DNA of 64,000 nucleotides from Candidatus Daviesbacteria bacterium (GTDB lineage Bacteria; Patescibacteriota; Microgenomatia; Daviesbacterales; UBA10151): NCBI GenBank assembly GCA_016186955.1, contig JACPKP010000003.1, positions 194,290 to 258,289 of the forward strand, read 5' to 3'. Shown piece by piece: positions 30,142 to 39,823 of this stretch (position 1 is its first letter; each line of letters starts with the position of its first letter). The notes under the pieces were generated by a model. It saw only the letters and a program-made list of their open reading frames with translations, ran no database searches and was not told where the DNA came from. The position numbers and the translations under genes were made by a program.

Positions 30142-32286
30142 ATGCAAAACCTGGTAATTGTTGAATCACCTACCAAAGCCCGGACACTTGCAAAGTTTTT
30201 GGGCGCTAAATATCAAATAGAAGCTTCAATGGGCCATGTCAGGGACTTACCAAAATCAGAGCTTGGTGTAGATGTAGGACAAAATTTCCAACCTAAATAT
30301 ATTATTCCCAGGGATAAAAAGAAACTTGTTAATACGCTTAAAAAAACCGCATCTTCTGCAAAGAACTTATATCTTGCAACAGACCCTGACAGGGAAGGGG
30401 AAGCGATTGCATGGCATATAGCGGAATTACTGCGTAACTCCGAAGTTAAAAGTCAAAAGTCAAAAGTCAAAAAAGAAGAATCGCAAATAAAGAGGGTTGT
30501 ATTCCATGAGATTACGGAGGATGCCATAAAAGAGGCTTTCAAGCATCCGCGGGATCTGGATTACAAACTGATTGATGCCCAGCAGGCGAGGCGGGTTTTA
30601 GACAGGCTGGTGGGTTATAAATTGTCCCCCCTGCTTTGGAAAAAAGTCAAAAGAGGTCTGTCTGCAGGCAGGGTGCAGACTGTTGCATTAAGATTGGTGG
30701 TGGAGAGGGAAAAGGAGGTAACTGCCTTCAAACCTGTTGAGTATTGGAGTATTGAGGCAGAGTTAGAGTCAAGAGTCAAGAGTCAAGAGTCAAGGTTTAT
30801 AGCTACTTTGACAGAGTTTAATAGCAAGAAGCTGGAGATTGGTAACGGGATGCAAGCAAAAAAGCATGTGGAGAACTTGGAAAAAGCAGAATATTCAGTT
30901 TCAAAAGTTGACCGGAAAGAAATTAAACGCTATCCTTTCCCGCCGTTTACCACTTCAACACTCCAGCAGGCTGCCGGCAATAAATTAGGGTTTACAGCTA
31001 AAAAAACCATGATGCTGGCGCAAAATTTATATGAACATGGGTTGATTACTTACATGAGGACAGATTCTTTTAACCTGTCTCCGGTAGCTTTGATGCAGTC
31101 AAGGGAGTTTATAAAGTCACAATATGGAAAAAATTATTTACCCCCAAAGCCGCGTGTTTTTAAGTCCAGATCTAAAAATGCCCAGGAAGCCCATGAGGCA
31201 ATACGCCCAACAAATATTAAATTCGAAATTCGAAATAATACGCCCGCTTCGCGAACGAAATTCGAACATTCTCTGACAAGAGACCATGCCAGGCTGTATG
31301 ACCTGATCTGGCAAAGGATGGTGGCATCCCAGATGGCAGAGGCTTTAGTAGAACAGACAGGTGTAGATATTATAGCCGTTTGTCATCCTCGACTTGATCG
31401 AGGATCATTCATGAAAATGGATTCCCGCCTTCGCGGGAATGACAGTGCAGAAAACCAGAATGACAAAACTTACACCCTTCATGCAGCAGGCTCTGTCATT
31501 AAATTTGACGGCTGGCTGAAAATATACGGAATAAGTAGCAAGACACAAGATACAAGAGACAAGAAGCAAGAAAAGGAGGAGGAAGAAGAAGATGAAAAAA
31601 ACCAGATACTGCCTGAGCTCAAAGTTGGCGAAGACCTGAATTTATTGCAGCTTTTACCAAACCAGCATTTTACCCAACCCCCTCCAAGATATACGGAAAG
31701 CTCGCTGATCAAAAAACTGGAGGAGTTGGGGATAGGCCGGCCTTCCACTTACGCCCCGATACTTTCAACCATCCAGGAGAGGTTTTATGTTGAAAAACAG
31801 GAGAAAAAATTCGTGCCGACTGCTTTAGGGTTGGCCACCTGTGATTTTTTAATTAAATATTTCCCGGACGTTTTTGACTACCAATTTACAGCTTCTATGG
31901 AAGATCAGCTTGATGACATAGCAGCAGGCAACAGGGATTGGAAACAAACCTTAATTGAGTTTTATCCGCCGTTTGAAAAAAAACTTGCAGGTGTTGAAAA
32001 AAAAGCCGGAAAAGTAAAAGTTGCAGTTGAGTATGCAGGGAAGAAATGCCCTAAATGCGGCAAAGAGCTGGTGGTAAGAGCCGGCAGGTTTGGCAAGTTT
32101 TTGGCATGTTCAGGTTTTCCGGATTGTAAACACACTGAAAGTTTGGTTACGGAAGTAATTAATGCAAAATGCCCGGAGGATGGCGGGGATATTGTTATAA
32201 GAAAGACTAAAAAAAGACGGGTTTTTTACGGTTGCAAAAATTACCCCGAGTGCAAATACGCGTCATGGACAAAACCTAAAAGTTAA
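30142..32286 (+). CDS. topA: DNA topoisomerase I with C-terminal zinc ribbons (contains three in-frame repeat insertions)
   Basis: LVIVESPTKA Toprim start, TYMRTDS region, catalytic core, CPKCGKELVVRAGRFGKFLACSGFPDC zinc ribbon; ORF begins 30097 with TTG, ATG at 30142 more likely. Confidence 0.9.
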   Translation: MQNLVIVESPTKARTLAKFLGAKYQIEASMGHVRDLPKSELGVDVGQNFQPKYIIPRDKKKLVNTLKKTASSAKNLYLATDPDREGEAIAWHIAELLRNSEVKSQKSKVKKEESQIKRVVFHEITEDAIKEAFKHPRDLDYKLIDAQQARRVLDRLVGYKLSPLLWKKVKRGLSAGRVQTVALRLVVEREKEVTAFKPVEYWSIEAELESRVKSQESRFIATLTEFNSKKLEIGNGMQAKKHVENLEKAEYSVSKVDRKEIKRYPFPPFTTSTLQQAAGNKLGFTAKKTMMLAQNLYEHGLITYMRTDSFNLSPVALMQSREFIKSQYGKNYLPPKPRVFKSRSKNAQEAHEAIRPTNIKFEIRNNTPASRTKFEHSLTRDHARLYDLIWQRMVASQMAEALVEQTGVDIIAVCHPRLDRGSFMKMDSRLRGNDSAENQNDKTYTLHAAGSVIKFDGWLKIYGISSKTQDTRDKKQEKEEEEEDEKNQILPELKVGEDLNLLQLLPNQHFTQPPPRYTESSLIKKLEELGIGRPSTYAPILSTIQERFYVEKQEKKFVPTALGLATCDFLIKYFPDVFDYQFTASMEDQLDDIAAGNRDWKQTLIEFYPPFEKKLAGVEKKAGKVKVAVEYAGKKCPKCGKELVVRAGRFGKFLACSGFPDCKHTESLVTEVINAKCPEDGGDIVIRKTKKRRVFYGCKNYPECKYASWTKPKS
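30443..30473. repeat. tandem heptamer (AAGTYAA)x4 in topA, in frame (KSQKSKVK)
   Basis: direct reading. Confidence 0.8.
30760..30794. repeat. tandem heptamer (GAGTCAA)x5 in topA, in frame (ESRVKSQESR)
   Basis: direct reading; same unit as dnaX tract at 62351. Confidence 0.8.
31381..31444. repeat. dual-hairpin MITE/REP-like repeat, type 1 copy (inside topA, in frame)
   Basis: tgtcatcctcgacttgatcgaggatc...ggattcccgccttcgcgggaatgaca; encodes CHPRLDRGSFMKMDSRLRGNDS inserted in topA. Confidence 0.85.
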
Positions 32287-32329
32287 GGTTGCCTTTTAAT
32301 ACCCAAAGAGAGTATAATTCTAAAAAATT

Positions 32330-32968
32330 ATGCCAAACAAAGAAAAGTTAAATTTCGGGATATGGATAGAGCTTTGGGAGAAATCAGGAGCGCAGGGTGA
32401 CCCCCAGCCTCTTTATTGGGAGCTCAATGACGCCTATACCGCCAAAGACAGGTATTACCATAACGGCAGGCATATCAATGCCGGTTGGTATGAGCTTAAA
32501 CTGGTGATACCAAAGCCCAGGCGTCCATTGCAGCTTGGGTTTGCCATTGCCGGGCATGACTTTATCCAAAACCGGGATGGGAAAGACGCTGATGAAATTG
32601 AAAGCGCCAATTTTATGTACCAGAGGTTAGGGGAGGCAAACCTGCCGAGGTATTTCAGGAGGGATGTGAGTAAACTTATTCTGGTTACAGACCACCAGAC
32701 ACTGCCGAGAAACTATGATGAAAAAGTTAGCGCCGATTTAGACCTTGTGGTTTTTGGAAAAAGCGGAGAAGAATTTGATTTGTACTGCGCAGGCACAAGA
32801 ATGGAGTATAAACATGTACCTGATGAAGTCTACAACTCAACCAGGGTATGGCTACTGGGAAAATTTTTAGGGAGAGAACGTATATATTATACGGATTACT
32901 TTAAAAGATATGAAGCCCAGGCCAGGATAAATTTGCAAAGGGAGATTGACCGCCTGTCAAATACCTGA
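32330..32968 (+). CDS. hypothetical protein, possible HD-superfamily phosphohydrolase
   Basis: YHNGRH ... AIAGHDF spacing reminiscent of HD motifs I/II; weak. Confidence 0.35.
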   Translation: MPNKEKLNFGIWIELWEKSGAQGDPQPLYWELNDAYTAKDRYYHNGRHINAGWYELKLVIPKPRRPLQLGFAIAGHDFIQNRDGKDADEIESANFMYQRLGEANLPRYFRRDVSKLILVTDHQTLPRNYDEKVSADLDLVVFGKSGEEFDLYCAGTRMEYKHVPDEVYNSTRVWLLGKFLGRERIYYTDYFKRYEAQARINLQREIDRLSNT

Positions 32969-32983
32969 CCCCCTAACCTATAA

Positions 32984-33718
32984 TTGACAAAAACTTTCTT
33001 GAAGTTTATGCTTCGCAAGAATATGGGTTTATCTGAAGAAATCTTAGAAAACAGGGCCAGGATTAAAGAGGTGTTTGACAGGGGGTATGAAAAGGCTATA
33101 GTCAGTATGCCAAAGCCTTGTAACGAACTCCCCCCAGGATTTTTTAAAAAAGAACAGTTGGAGAGGTTTTTAAAATCAGACCCTTTAATTACCGGGACTG
33201 TGGAAGAATTTATGGATGAAGCAGGGATTTTTGATTACCGGTTGGTGAAGGAATTTTGGCTTGATGAAACTGTTTACCGTCCTACGAAAATGGCATATAA
33301 AATGGCATTTGGTGAGTACTCTATTGCAAATTGCGCAAAAACCGGATGTTTGAGCTGCGGTAAAATGTCAGAGTATGCTTGGAGGGCCAACTTTTCAGCG
33401 CACCACGCTTCTTTCTTTTATAATCCAGGCAGAAATACCAAAACAGAGTTGCTGGTTGCAAGATGTACAATCCTGGCGCCCAATAAGAACAAAGATAATG
33501 GAAGTTGGTTGGAGCTAGAAAAGGCTTTAAAATATTTGCGGTCTCCTGGTTCAACTTTTTTGGTTCATCCCCATGTTTGTGTGTGGGAAATTACCAGGGA
33601 ATCTGTCAGGGATATCCTGACAGTAATTTTAAGCAACCCGAATTTAAAGTTGGATCTTTTAGGCTCTGGCGACGGGACATCTAATTACCAGAAAGAAAAT
33701 TTTCATGGCAAAACTTAA
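32984..33718 (+). CDS. hypothetical protein
   Basis: 244 aa ORF, Cys-containing, no recognised family. Confidence 0.4.
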   Translation: MTKTFLKFMLRKNMGLSEEILENRARIKEVFDRGYEKAIVSMPKPCNELPPGFFKKEQLERFLKSDPLITGTVEEFMDEAGIFDYRLVKEFWLDETVYRPTKMAYKMAFGEYSIANCAKTGCLSCGKMSEYAWRANFSAHHASFFYNPGRNTKTELLVARCTILAPNKNKDNGSWLELEKALKYLRSPGSTFLVHPHVCVWEITRESVRDILTVILSNPNLKLDLLGSGDGTSNYQKENFHGKT

Positions 33719-34907
33719 AGAGCAGGAAGCAATAGAATATTTGGACAGGGCCTCTTCATGCATCCACCCGGAAGACCCCATAAACCAGCTACAGCTTATT
33801 AAAGCGATGCTGGATATAGAGAGTGCATATATCGGAAGCCTGGTTGGAACGGATTTGGAAGATATGGCTAGAATTAGCCTTGATGCCACGGGTTTCCCTG
33901 AACTTAAATCCTGGTTAGTTGATATCAATGAGGCTTTTAGGCAGTATGATAAATTTAGGGTTAGGCTGGCAGGGCAAATGGCTCCCCTGGTAAGTTCTGT
34001 GCTGGACCTGGATAAAACAGCGATCAGTAAGCAGAGCAGGGAGGTGGCTGCTTTTTTACCCGGATTTTCTTCTTTAGCAAAAGTGTTTCCGCCTTTAACT
34101 TATGACCAAAGACAGGTTCTGAAAAACGAAAAAGCGATAGCAAATGTCCTTTACATGCGTAAGGCTCTTCCTGGATTGCTTTTGGGCAGGGAGACAGGCA
34201 ACTGTTTTCAACATATATATGGCACATGGAAAGTATTAAGAAATGTATCTGAGATTGCAGGGTTTAAATACCTGGATTCTAAATCCATGCCGATGATTTT
34301 GCGCATACCTATTAATGCGTACATCCATTATGAGTATATGCAGGTTTCGACCCCTGCAAATTCAATAGTATCAAAAGCAAAAACTGAATGTGAGGATGGT
34401 TGTGATAGAGGATCCGGATGTCAGAGCCCTCTTATATATGTAACAAAGTATAAAGATGTTTTGGGAGATGACGAAAAAATATTGGTGGATTTGGAAACAT
34501 CATTCCATGCCCTTCATCCGGGTTTTAAAAAAGCATTTATCTCAACTGACCTGACAGGGCTAAGTGACCAGGAGAGGCTTGCCTTCAAAGATGCAATCTG
34601 GCAACTTGATGGGGCAGCAAAAAGGATAACCACAATTTATCAGGATGTATTAAACGGTGTCCCGGTAAGCCCGGAGAAATTTATTGAGGAAAATAGACTA
34701 TTTGCAGAAAAAACGGATATTTTAGACAGCGTACCCGGTGAATATCTCAGGCGGGCGCTGCAAACAGGCAACGGAGAACCCTTAAGTGAGGTTGGCTCCC
34801 TTATACAAAGCCTTGTTAAACCCCAAATAGAAGAACCCTCAAGTGCCGGACGTTTGGAAACTACCAAGGCGGTAGAAGTCAGGAAAAAACGTTTCTGGCT
34901 CTTTTGA
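33705..34907 (+). CDS. hypothetical protein, paralogue A (of 35997..37286)
   Basis: N-terminus MAKLKEQEAIEYL..CIHPEDP..IDATGFPELKSW and later FHALHPGFKKAFISTDLTG align with paralogue B. Confidence 0.5.
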   Translation: MAKLKEQEAIEYLDRASSCIHPEDPINQLQLIKAMLDIESAYIGSLVGTDLEDMARISLDATGFPELKSWLVDINEAFRQYDKFRVRLAGQMAPLVSSVLDLDKTAISKQSREVAAFLPGFSSLAKVFPPLTYDQRQVLKNEKAIANVLYMRKALPGLLLGRETGNCFQHIYGTWKVLRNVSEIAGFKYLDSKSMPMILRIPINAYIHYEYMQVSTPANSIVSKAKTECEDGCDRGSGCQSPLIYVTKYKDVLGDDEKILVDLETSFHALHPGFKKAFISTDLTGLSDQERLAFKDAIWQLDGAAKRITTIYQDVLNGVPVSPEKFIEENRLFAEKTDILDSVPGEYLRRALQTGNGEPLSEVGSLIQSLVKPQIEEPSSAGRLETTKAVEVRKKRFWLF

Positions 34908-34967
34908 TTTTACCCCATAACATAAGACGTGACATTATATAGGTTATAGGGTAAAATCTCAATTCGT

Positions 34968-35984
34968 ATGAGTAGCGAAAATGTAAATCGCAGTCCTTCT
35001 GAAGTTGAAAAAAAGATTGCAGTATACCGAAAAACTGCTGCAAAAATAGAAAGTGACAGAAGAGAAGCCGATGAAATAGATATGCCGTCTGCAGGAGTTT
35101 TAGGGATTGTCAGAAGGCTTATAATTTCAAACCCTTTAAGCCGCCGCTTACTCCCGGATGAAATATTAGAGTCTATAGAGCAAAAACCTATAATGGAAAG
35201 GGTTATAGCTGAAGAGAGGAGAATGATTTTGCAACTTGCTGAAGACCTGCCAAATTTAATTGCACCTGCAAAGGAATTGGTTGACCTGGGTGAAAGTATA
35301 CATGTTTTACTGGCAATAATTACAGGTAAATCTTTAGAGCAGGTATTTGAATCTTTAAATTTACCTCCTGAAGCAGAGGTATTTTATAGGAATTTAACTC
35401 CGGAAGAGGCGCAAGAACAGCTTGAAGAAACCCTAAATGCAAAAGCAGAGAAAGAGCTCAGAGAGCTTCAAGAAAAAAGAAATACAGTTTCTCAAGAGTT
35501 TTTGGAATTACTTGCGGTTAGAGAGAAAGATGACGTAGCGGAAGAAAAACAAGCTCTGATTGAACAGGCTGAAGAATTTTTGCATTGGATGGGGCCATTT
35601 ATAGAGGTTGCTAAACAGGATATGAGATCTACTAGAGCATACTTTAAAAAACTTAAAAGAATTTATGGCATTGATTTGTTGTATACCGAATTGACCGATG
35701 GTATTAACCGTTCTACAAACGATATTACAAAGGCGCAAGCGCTCGGGATTAGAAGTTTTAACACAAAAGAGGGTCAGCTTGATTTAGCTATACAGGCTTT
35801 AAATGTGGTAGCTGATTTGGAATGTGCAATAAGGCAGTTTAAAAGAGATGAGGCTCCTGAAATTCTTGAGGGGTTGCAAACCAGGGCTCAAGACTTAAGG
35901 CAGAAATTTGCAGAGGCCAATGTTTTGCCGGAAGCCAGCGCTGTTCCAGCCATTAAAATTCTTCCTCCAGCCGCTAACCCATGA
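34968..35984 (+). CDS. hypothetical coiled-coil protein
   Basis: 338 aa, E/K/Q/L-rich. Confidence 0.45.
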   Translation: MSSENVNRSPSEVEKKIAVYRKTAAKIESDRREADEIDMPSAGVLGIVRRLIISNPLSRRLLPDEILESIEQKPIMERVIAEERRMILQLAEDLPNLIAPAKELVDLGESIHVLLAIITGKSLEQVFESLNLPPEAEVFYRNLTPEEAQEQLEETLNAKAEKELRELQEKRNTVSQEFLELLAVREKDDVAEEKQALIEQAEEFLHWMGPFIEVAKQDMRSTRAYFKKLKRIYGIDLLYTELTDGINRSTNDITKAQALGIRSFNTKEGQLDLAIQALNVVADLECAIRQFKRDEAPEILEGLQTRAQDLRQKFAEANVLPEASAVPAIKILPPAANP

Positions 35985-35996
35985 AGAAGTATTAAT

Positions 35997-37286
35997 ATGG
36001 CGATCCTCAAAGAGAAAGATGCGGTAGAATATTTGACAGCGGTTAAAAATTGCATTCATCCAGATGATAATTTTTCGCACCTTCAGATGGTTAAAAAAAT
36101 GTTGGAGATTGAAGCAGCATTTATCCAAAGGCTTATGGAAGACCGGAGGGAGCTTGCCTCAGTCCGGATTGATGCCACAGGTTTTCCAAAACTGGAAGAT
36201 TGGTGGACCGACATTAAACTTGCTTTTTCGGAATATGATCAGGTAAGGTTACAGAGAAAAAGGTTAATGGAACCTTTTTCCCAACAGCTTTTGAACGCCA
36301 ACAGTGAAGGTATAGCAGCCCAAGCAATTAATGTAGCTAAAACTTTCTCTTCAGAACATCTTTTCGGCGCGGCCTTTAAAGGGGTATCAGGACCCCAAAG
36401 GAATTTTTTGTTGAAAGGGAGTGGTGAAGAAAAAGTTATTTATCTTGATCCCATATACCCCGGCCGTTTAATGTCAATTCACAGAACATCTGCTTTCCAG
36501 GCAAAAAATTTTTACCCGGATGCTCCAAATTATCACAAATTTGGTTATTGCTCAGTTGATTCAATCCAAGCTATGCCTGTAATCCCGCTTAAAGCTGGGT
36601 TGAAATTTATAGGTTCAAGGGCGCCTTTTATAATCTATACAGATGTTGAAACCGGAAAAATTCAAATTCTTGATTCAAATGCACTTCTTAAAAGGTGCGG
36701 CAAAAAAAATATTCAAAGTATCAAACTTGATGAACACGGCCACCCGCTGACCTGCCAGACATACCGAAGGCGGGGTAGTGCAGATGGCCAGGTGGATTAT
36801 ATAACCGAAGATATTGAGGCTAAGGATTTAACTGCCCCTTGGGAAAGGAATGAAATAGAGAAAAAGTTTGAGGGGTTGCACCCTGGTTTGCTCAGGACAT
36901 TTTTAGAAGCAGACCTTTATGGCGCTGACAGTGAAACTTTAGTCAATATGCTGCCTGAACTAAATATGTTCATGGCAGATACTTTGGATTTTTTACAAAC
37001 CTCAGTAAATGCCCAAATCTCAGGTGAGGAATTCATAGCAGGCGGGCAAAGACTGGGGAAAAAAACCGGCGAAATTTTTGGTTATATTGAAGACAATAAA
37101 CTCCGCACAACTTTACAGCTGTTTATGGCGGAAGCAGCAAAACCTGTAATAGGACCGGAGACTCCGGCCAAAGAAACAACAATATCTTTAATGGAAAATT
37201 GCAGTTGTGCAGCCTGCAGGTCAACTTTTGAAAAAACTCTCCCCACCCCTACCGCAGCCCGTAAAAAAATATTTGGAATATTTTAA
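35997..37286 (+). CDS. hypothetical protein, paralogue B (of 33705..34907)
   Basis: MAILKEKDAVEYL..CIHPDDN..IDATGFPKLEDW, FEGLHPGLLRTFLEADLYG. Confidence 0.5.
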   Translation: MAILKEKDAVEYLTAVKNCIHPDDNFSHLQMVKKMLEIEAAFIQRLMEDRRELASVRIDATGFPKLEDWWTDIKLAFSEYDQVRLQRKRLMEPFSQQLLNANSEGIAAQAINVAKTFSSEHLFGAAFKGVSGPQRNFLLKGSGEEKVIYLDPIYPGRLMSIHRTSAFQAKNFYPDAPNYHKFGYCSVDSIQAMPVIPLKAGLKFIGSRAPFIIYTDVETGKIQILDSNALLKRCGKKNIQSIKLDEHGHPLTCQTYRRRGSADGQVDYITEDIEAKDLTAPWERNEIEKKFEGLHPGLLRTFLEADLYGADSETLVNMLPELNMFMADTLDFLQTSVNAQISGEEFIAGGQRLGKKTGEIFGYIEDNKLRTTLQLFMAEAAKPVIGPETPAKETTISLMENCSCAACRSTFEKTLPTPTAARKKIFGIF

Positions 37287-37309
37287 GGATGATGGGAACT
37301 TCAGGATAA

Positions 37310-38041
37310 TCAATTTTTTGTCCCGGCGTAGATAGTATTTATCAGCCCCTCCAGGTCACTGAAATATTTTTTGCCTGTTTCGGATTGTTTTACATATTTT
37401 TTATAATTTTCCCAAGACTCCTCCCCTTCAAACCTGACAGCTAAAGCCTCGGCTAAATCTTCATAAACAAGTTCACCTTCATCATAGAACTTGCTCCCAC
37501 CGGTATTTTTCATCTCATCAAGCATGGACAAAGGCCTTCCTGAGGCCCGAAGACTTTTTACAAGTTCCTCAATAAACTTGATTGAATCATCTAAGTTTGC
37601 ATTAGGATACAACTTCTCAAGCGCACCAACCATTTCATAGAATATTGCCACATGAGACAGCTCATGGAAAATTTTGCTTTGGAGATCCTGGTCATCGTCT
37701 TTAAATTCGCCCATAAATGTTAATTTGCGTATCCCGGGAGGCCTCGGGAGATTGCCGATCTCCATCCTGGTTTTGGGGATAGGTTCACCTGTTTGCCTGA
37801 TGAATGAACCTGCCAAAACAGAATATGTGTTATAGACGTCTGTCCCCTCCTCCGGAGAGGAAATGGTTCCGAAGCGTTCTAAAACTTCACCTGCCTTTTC
37901 GTGAGGCAGTGTTGTCCTTGCCTGCCAGCTGTTGTCGATTATATCAAGGGAAACGTTGTATTTTAAACAAAGTTTTTCAATTTCCTCATTCGGGTCTTCC
38001 TGTTCTCTGGAGTTTGCGTTTTCAAATTCCTGCGGGTCCAT
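37310..38041 (-). CDS. hypothetical protein with HExxH (HELSH) motif, possible metallopeptidase
   Basis: 243 aa; single HELSH motif; acidic N-terminus. Confidence 0.4.
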   Translation of the reverse strand: MDPQEFENANSREQEDPNEEIEKLCLKYNVSLDIIDNSWQARTTLPHEKAGEVLERFGTISSPEEGTDVYNTYSVLAGSFIRQTGEPIPKTRMEIGNLPRPPGIRKLTFMGEFKDDDQDLQSKIFHELSHVAIFYEMVGALEKLYPNANLDDSIKFIEELVKSLRASGRPLSMLDEMKNTGGSKFYDEGELVYEDLAEALAVRFEGEESWENYKKYVKQSETGKKYFSDLEGLINTIYAGTKN

Positions 38042-38071
38042 ATTGATATAAATTTACCACAAAATGCCATC

Positions 38072-39715
38072 TTGGTGGTAAGTATTAAAAAAAGTATAAT
38101 CTCAAATGTGAAATACATATTTGTATCAGGCGGGGTTATATCAGGTATTGGCAAGGGTATTGCCACAGCCTCCATCGCCCTGCTTTTAAAGTCCGCAGGC
38201 TACCGGGTTGCCCCGGTTAAAATGGATCCCTACTTAAATGTTGATGCCGGAACCATGAACCCTGTTATTCATGGAGAAGTCTATGTTTTGGATGACGGGT
38301 CGGAAACTGACCAGGATTTAGGCCATTACGAAAGGTTTTCCGGGATCGCTTTAGACAGGACAAATTTTACCACCTCCGGCCAGGTTTACCTTAGTGTGAT
38401 AGAGCGTGAACGGGCGCTTGAATATGACGGGGAATGCGTGGAAGCAATCCCCCATATTACTGAAGAGTTTATCAGGCGGGCGGAAGCTGCAGGGAAAAAG
38501 GGCAGGGCGGATGTGGTTGTGATAGAAATTGGCGGGACAGTGGGAGAGATGCAAAACTCCTTTATTTTTGAGGCCAACAGGATTCTAAAATTAAAAAAAC
38601 CGGATGATGTGATCCACATCCATTTAACTTACTTGCCAATCCCGCCTTCGGTTGGAGAGATGAAAAGCAAACCTGCCCAAATGTCAGTCAAAGAGCTAAA
38701 CTCTATGGGTATCCAGCCGGATATTTTGCTTGCCCGCTCTGAGGTTGCCCTGGATGAATCCAGGCGGAAAAAGCTGGCGCTTTTTTGCGCCCTGGAGGAT
38801 GCGGACATCATCTCTGCCCCTGATGTGGGGAATATCTATGAGATCCCGCTTAATTTTGAAAAAGGTAATCTGACGGAAAGGATACTCAAAAAGCTGAAAT
38901 TAAAAAGGAAAAAGAAAGACCTTAAGGTTTGGCAGGCTTTTGTAGATAAGGCGGGAATGGTTAAAACTCCGGTTAAGATCGGTATTGTGGGGAAATATTT
39001 TGCAACCGGGGATTTTACCCTGCCTGATTCTTATGTCTCTGTCATAGAAGCGGTCAAGCATGCCTGTTTTTCCCTTGGGTTTAAACCCGAGATAGGTTGG
39101 ATAGACTCCTCTAAAGTTTCAGATAATATTTTATCCGAGTATGGGGGGATTATTGTGCCGGGAGGGTTTGGGTCAAGGGGGGTTGAGGGTAAACTTCAAA
39201 CTATTAAATTTGCCAGGGAAAACAATATTCCATATTTAGGGCTCTGTTTTGGCATGCAGCTTGCGGTGGTGGAGTATGCCGGTAATGTTTTAGGGCTCAA
39301 GGATGCCCATACCACAGAGATAGACCCAAAAACTAAACACCCGGTTATCCATATTATGCCTGACCAGATCAAGAAAATGCTTACCAAAGATTATGGGGGA
39401 TCAATGAGGCTTGGCGCATGGGACTGCGTGTTAAAAAAGGGGAGTTTAGTCTGGGAACTTTATAATAACTATACCCTTATTTCAGAAAGGCATCGGCACC
39501 GCTTTGAGTTTAATAATAAATATCTGGAAAGATTCCAAAAAAGCGGCATGAAAATTGCAGGCGCCAGTCCTGATAAAAAACTGGTTGAAATAATAGAAAT
39601 TCCTGCCCACCCTTTTTTTGTAGGCGTCCAGTTCCACCCGGAGCTTAAATCCCAACCCCTAAAACCCCACCCCCTGTTTTTGGGTTTGATAAAAGCTGCA
39701 AGCAAAATCCCATAA
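38072..39715 (+). CDS. pyrG: CTP synthase
   Basis: KYIFVSGGVISGIGKG N-terminal synthetase motif; GLCFGMQL glutamine amidotransferase Cys. Confidence 0.9.
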   Translation: MVVSIKKSIISNVKYIFVSGGVISGIGKGIATASIALLLKSAGYRVAPVKMDPYLNVDAGTMNPVIHGEVYVLDDGSETDQDLGHYERFSGIALDRTNFTTSGQVYLSVIERERALEYDGECVEAIPHITEEFIRRAEAAGKKGRADVVVIEIGGTVGEMQNSFIFEANRILKLKKPDDVIHIHLTYLPIPPSVGEMKSKPAQMSVKELNSMGIQPDILLARSEVALDESRRKKLALFCALEDADIISAPDVGNIYEIPLNFEKGNLTERILKKLKLKRKKKDLKVWQAFVDKAGMVKTPVKIGIVGKYFATGDFTLPDSYVSVIEAVKHACFSLGFKPEIGWIDSSKVSDNILSEYGGIIVPGGFGSRGVEGKLQTIKFARENNIPYLGLCFGMQLAVVEYAGNVLGLKDAHTTEIDPKTKHPVIHIMPDQIKKMLTKDYGGSMRLGAWDCVLKKGSLVWELYNNYTLISERHRHRFEFNNKYLERFQKSGMKIAGASPDKKLVEIIEIPAHPFFVGVQFHPELKSQPLKPHPLFLGLIKAASKIP

Positions 39716-39823
39716 CGATGTACGATCGTACAGCATTTTGGGATTTTTTGTGTCCTAGTTTTATACTGATTGTCCCAGTTGCAAATTTTTTTGAGTTAGT
39801 GCTAAATTGGTTAGACCAACTTT

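Noticed and set aside
31381-31444. Intein or self-splicing intron in topA/dnaX
   Set aside because: Insertions are only ~21-32 codons with no intein blocks (no Cys/Ser...HN splice motifs) and no group I/II intron structure. They correspond exactly to dispersed palindromic repeats.
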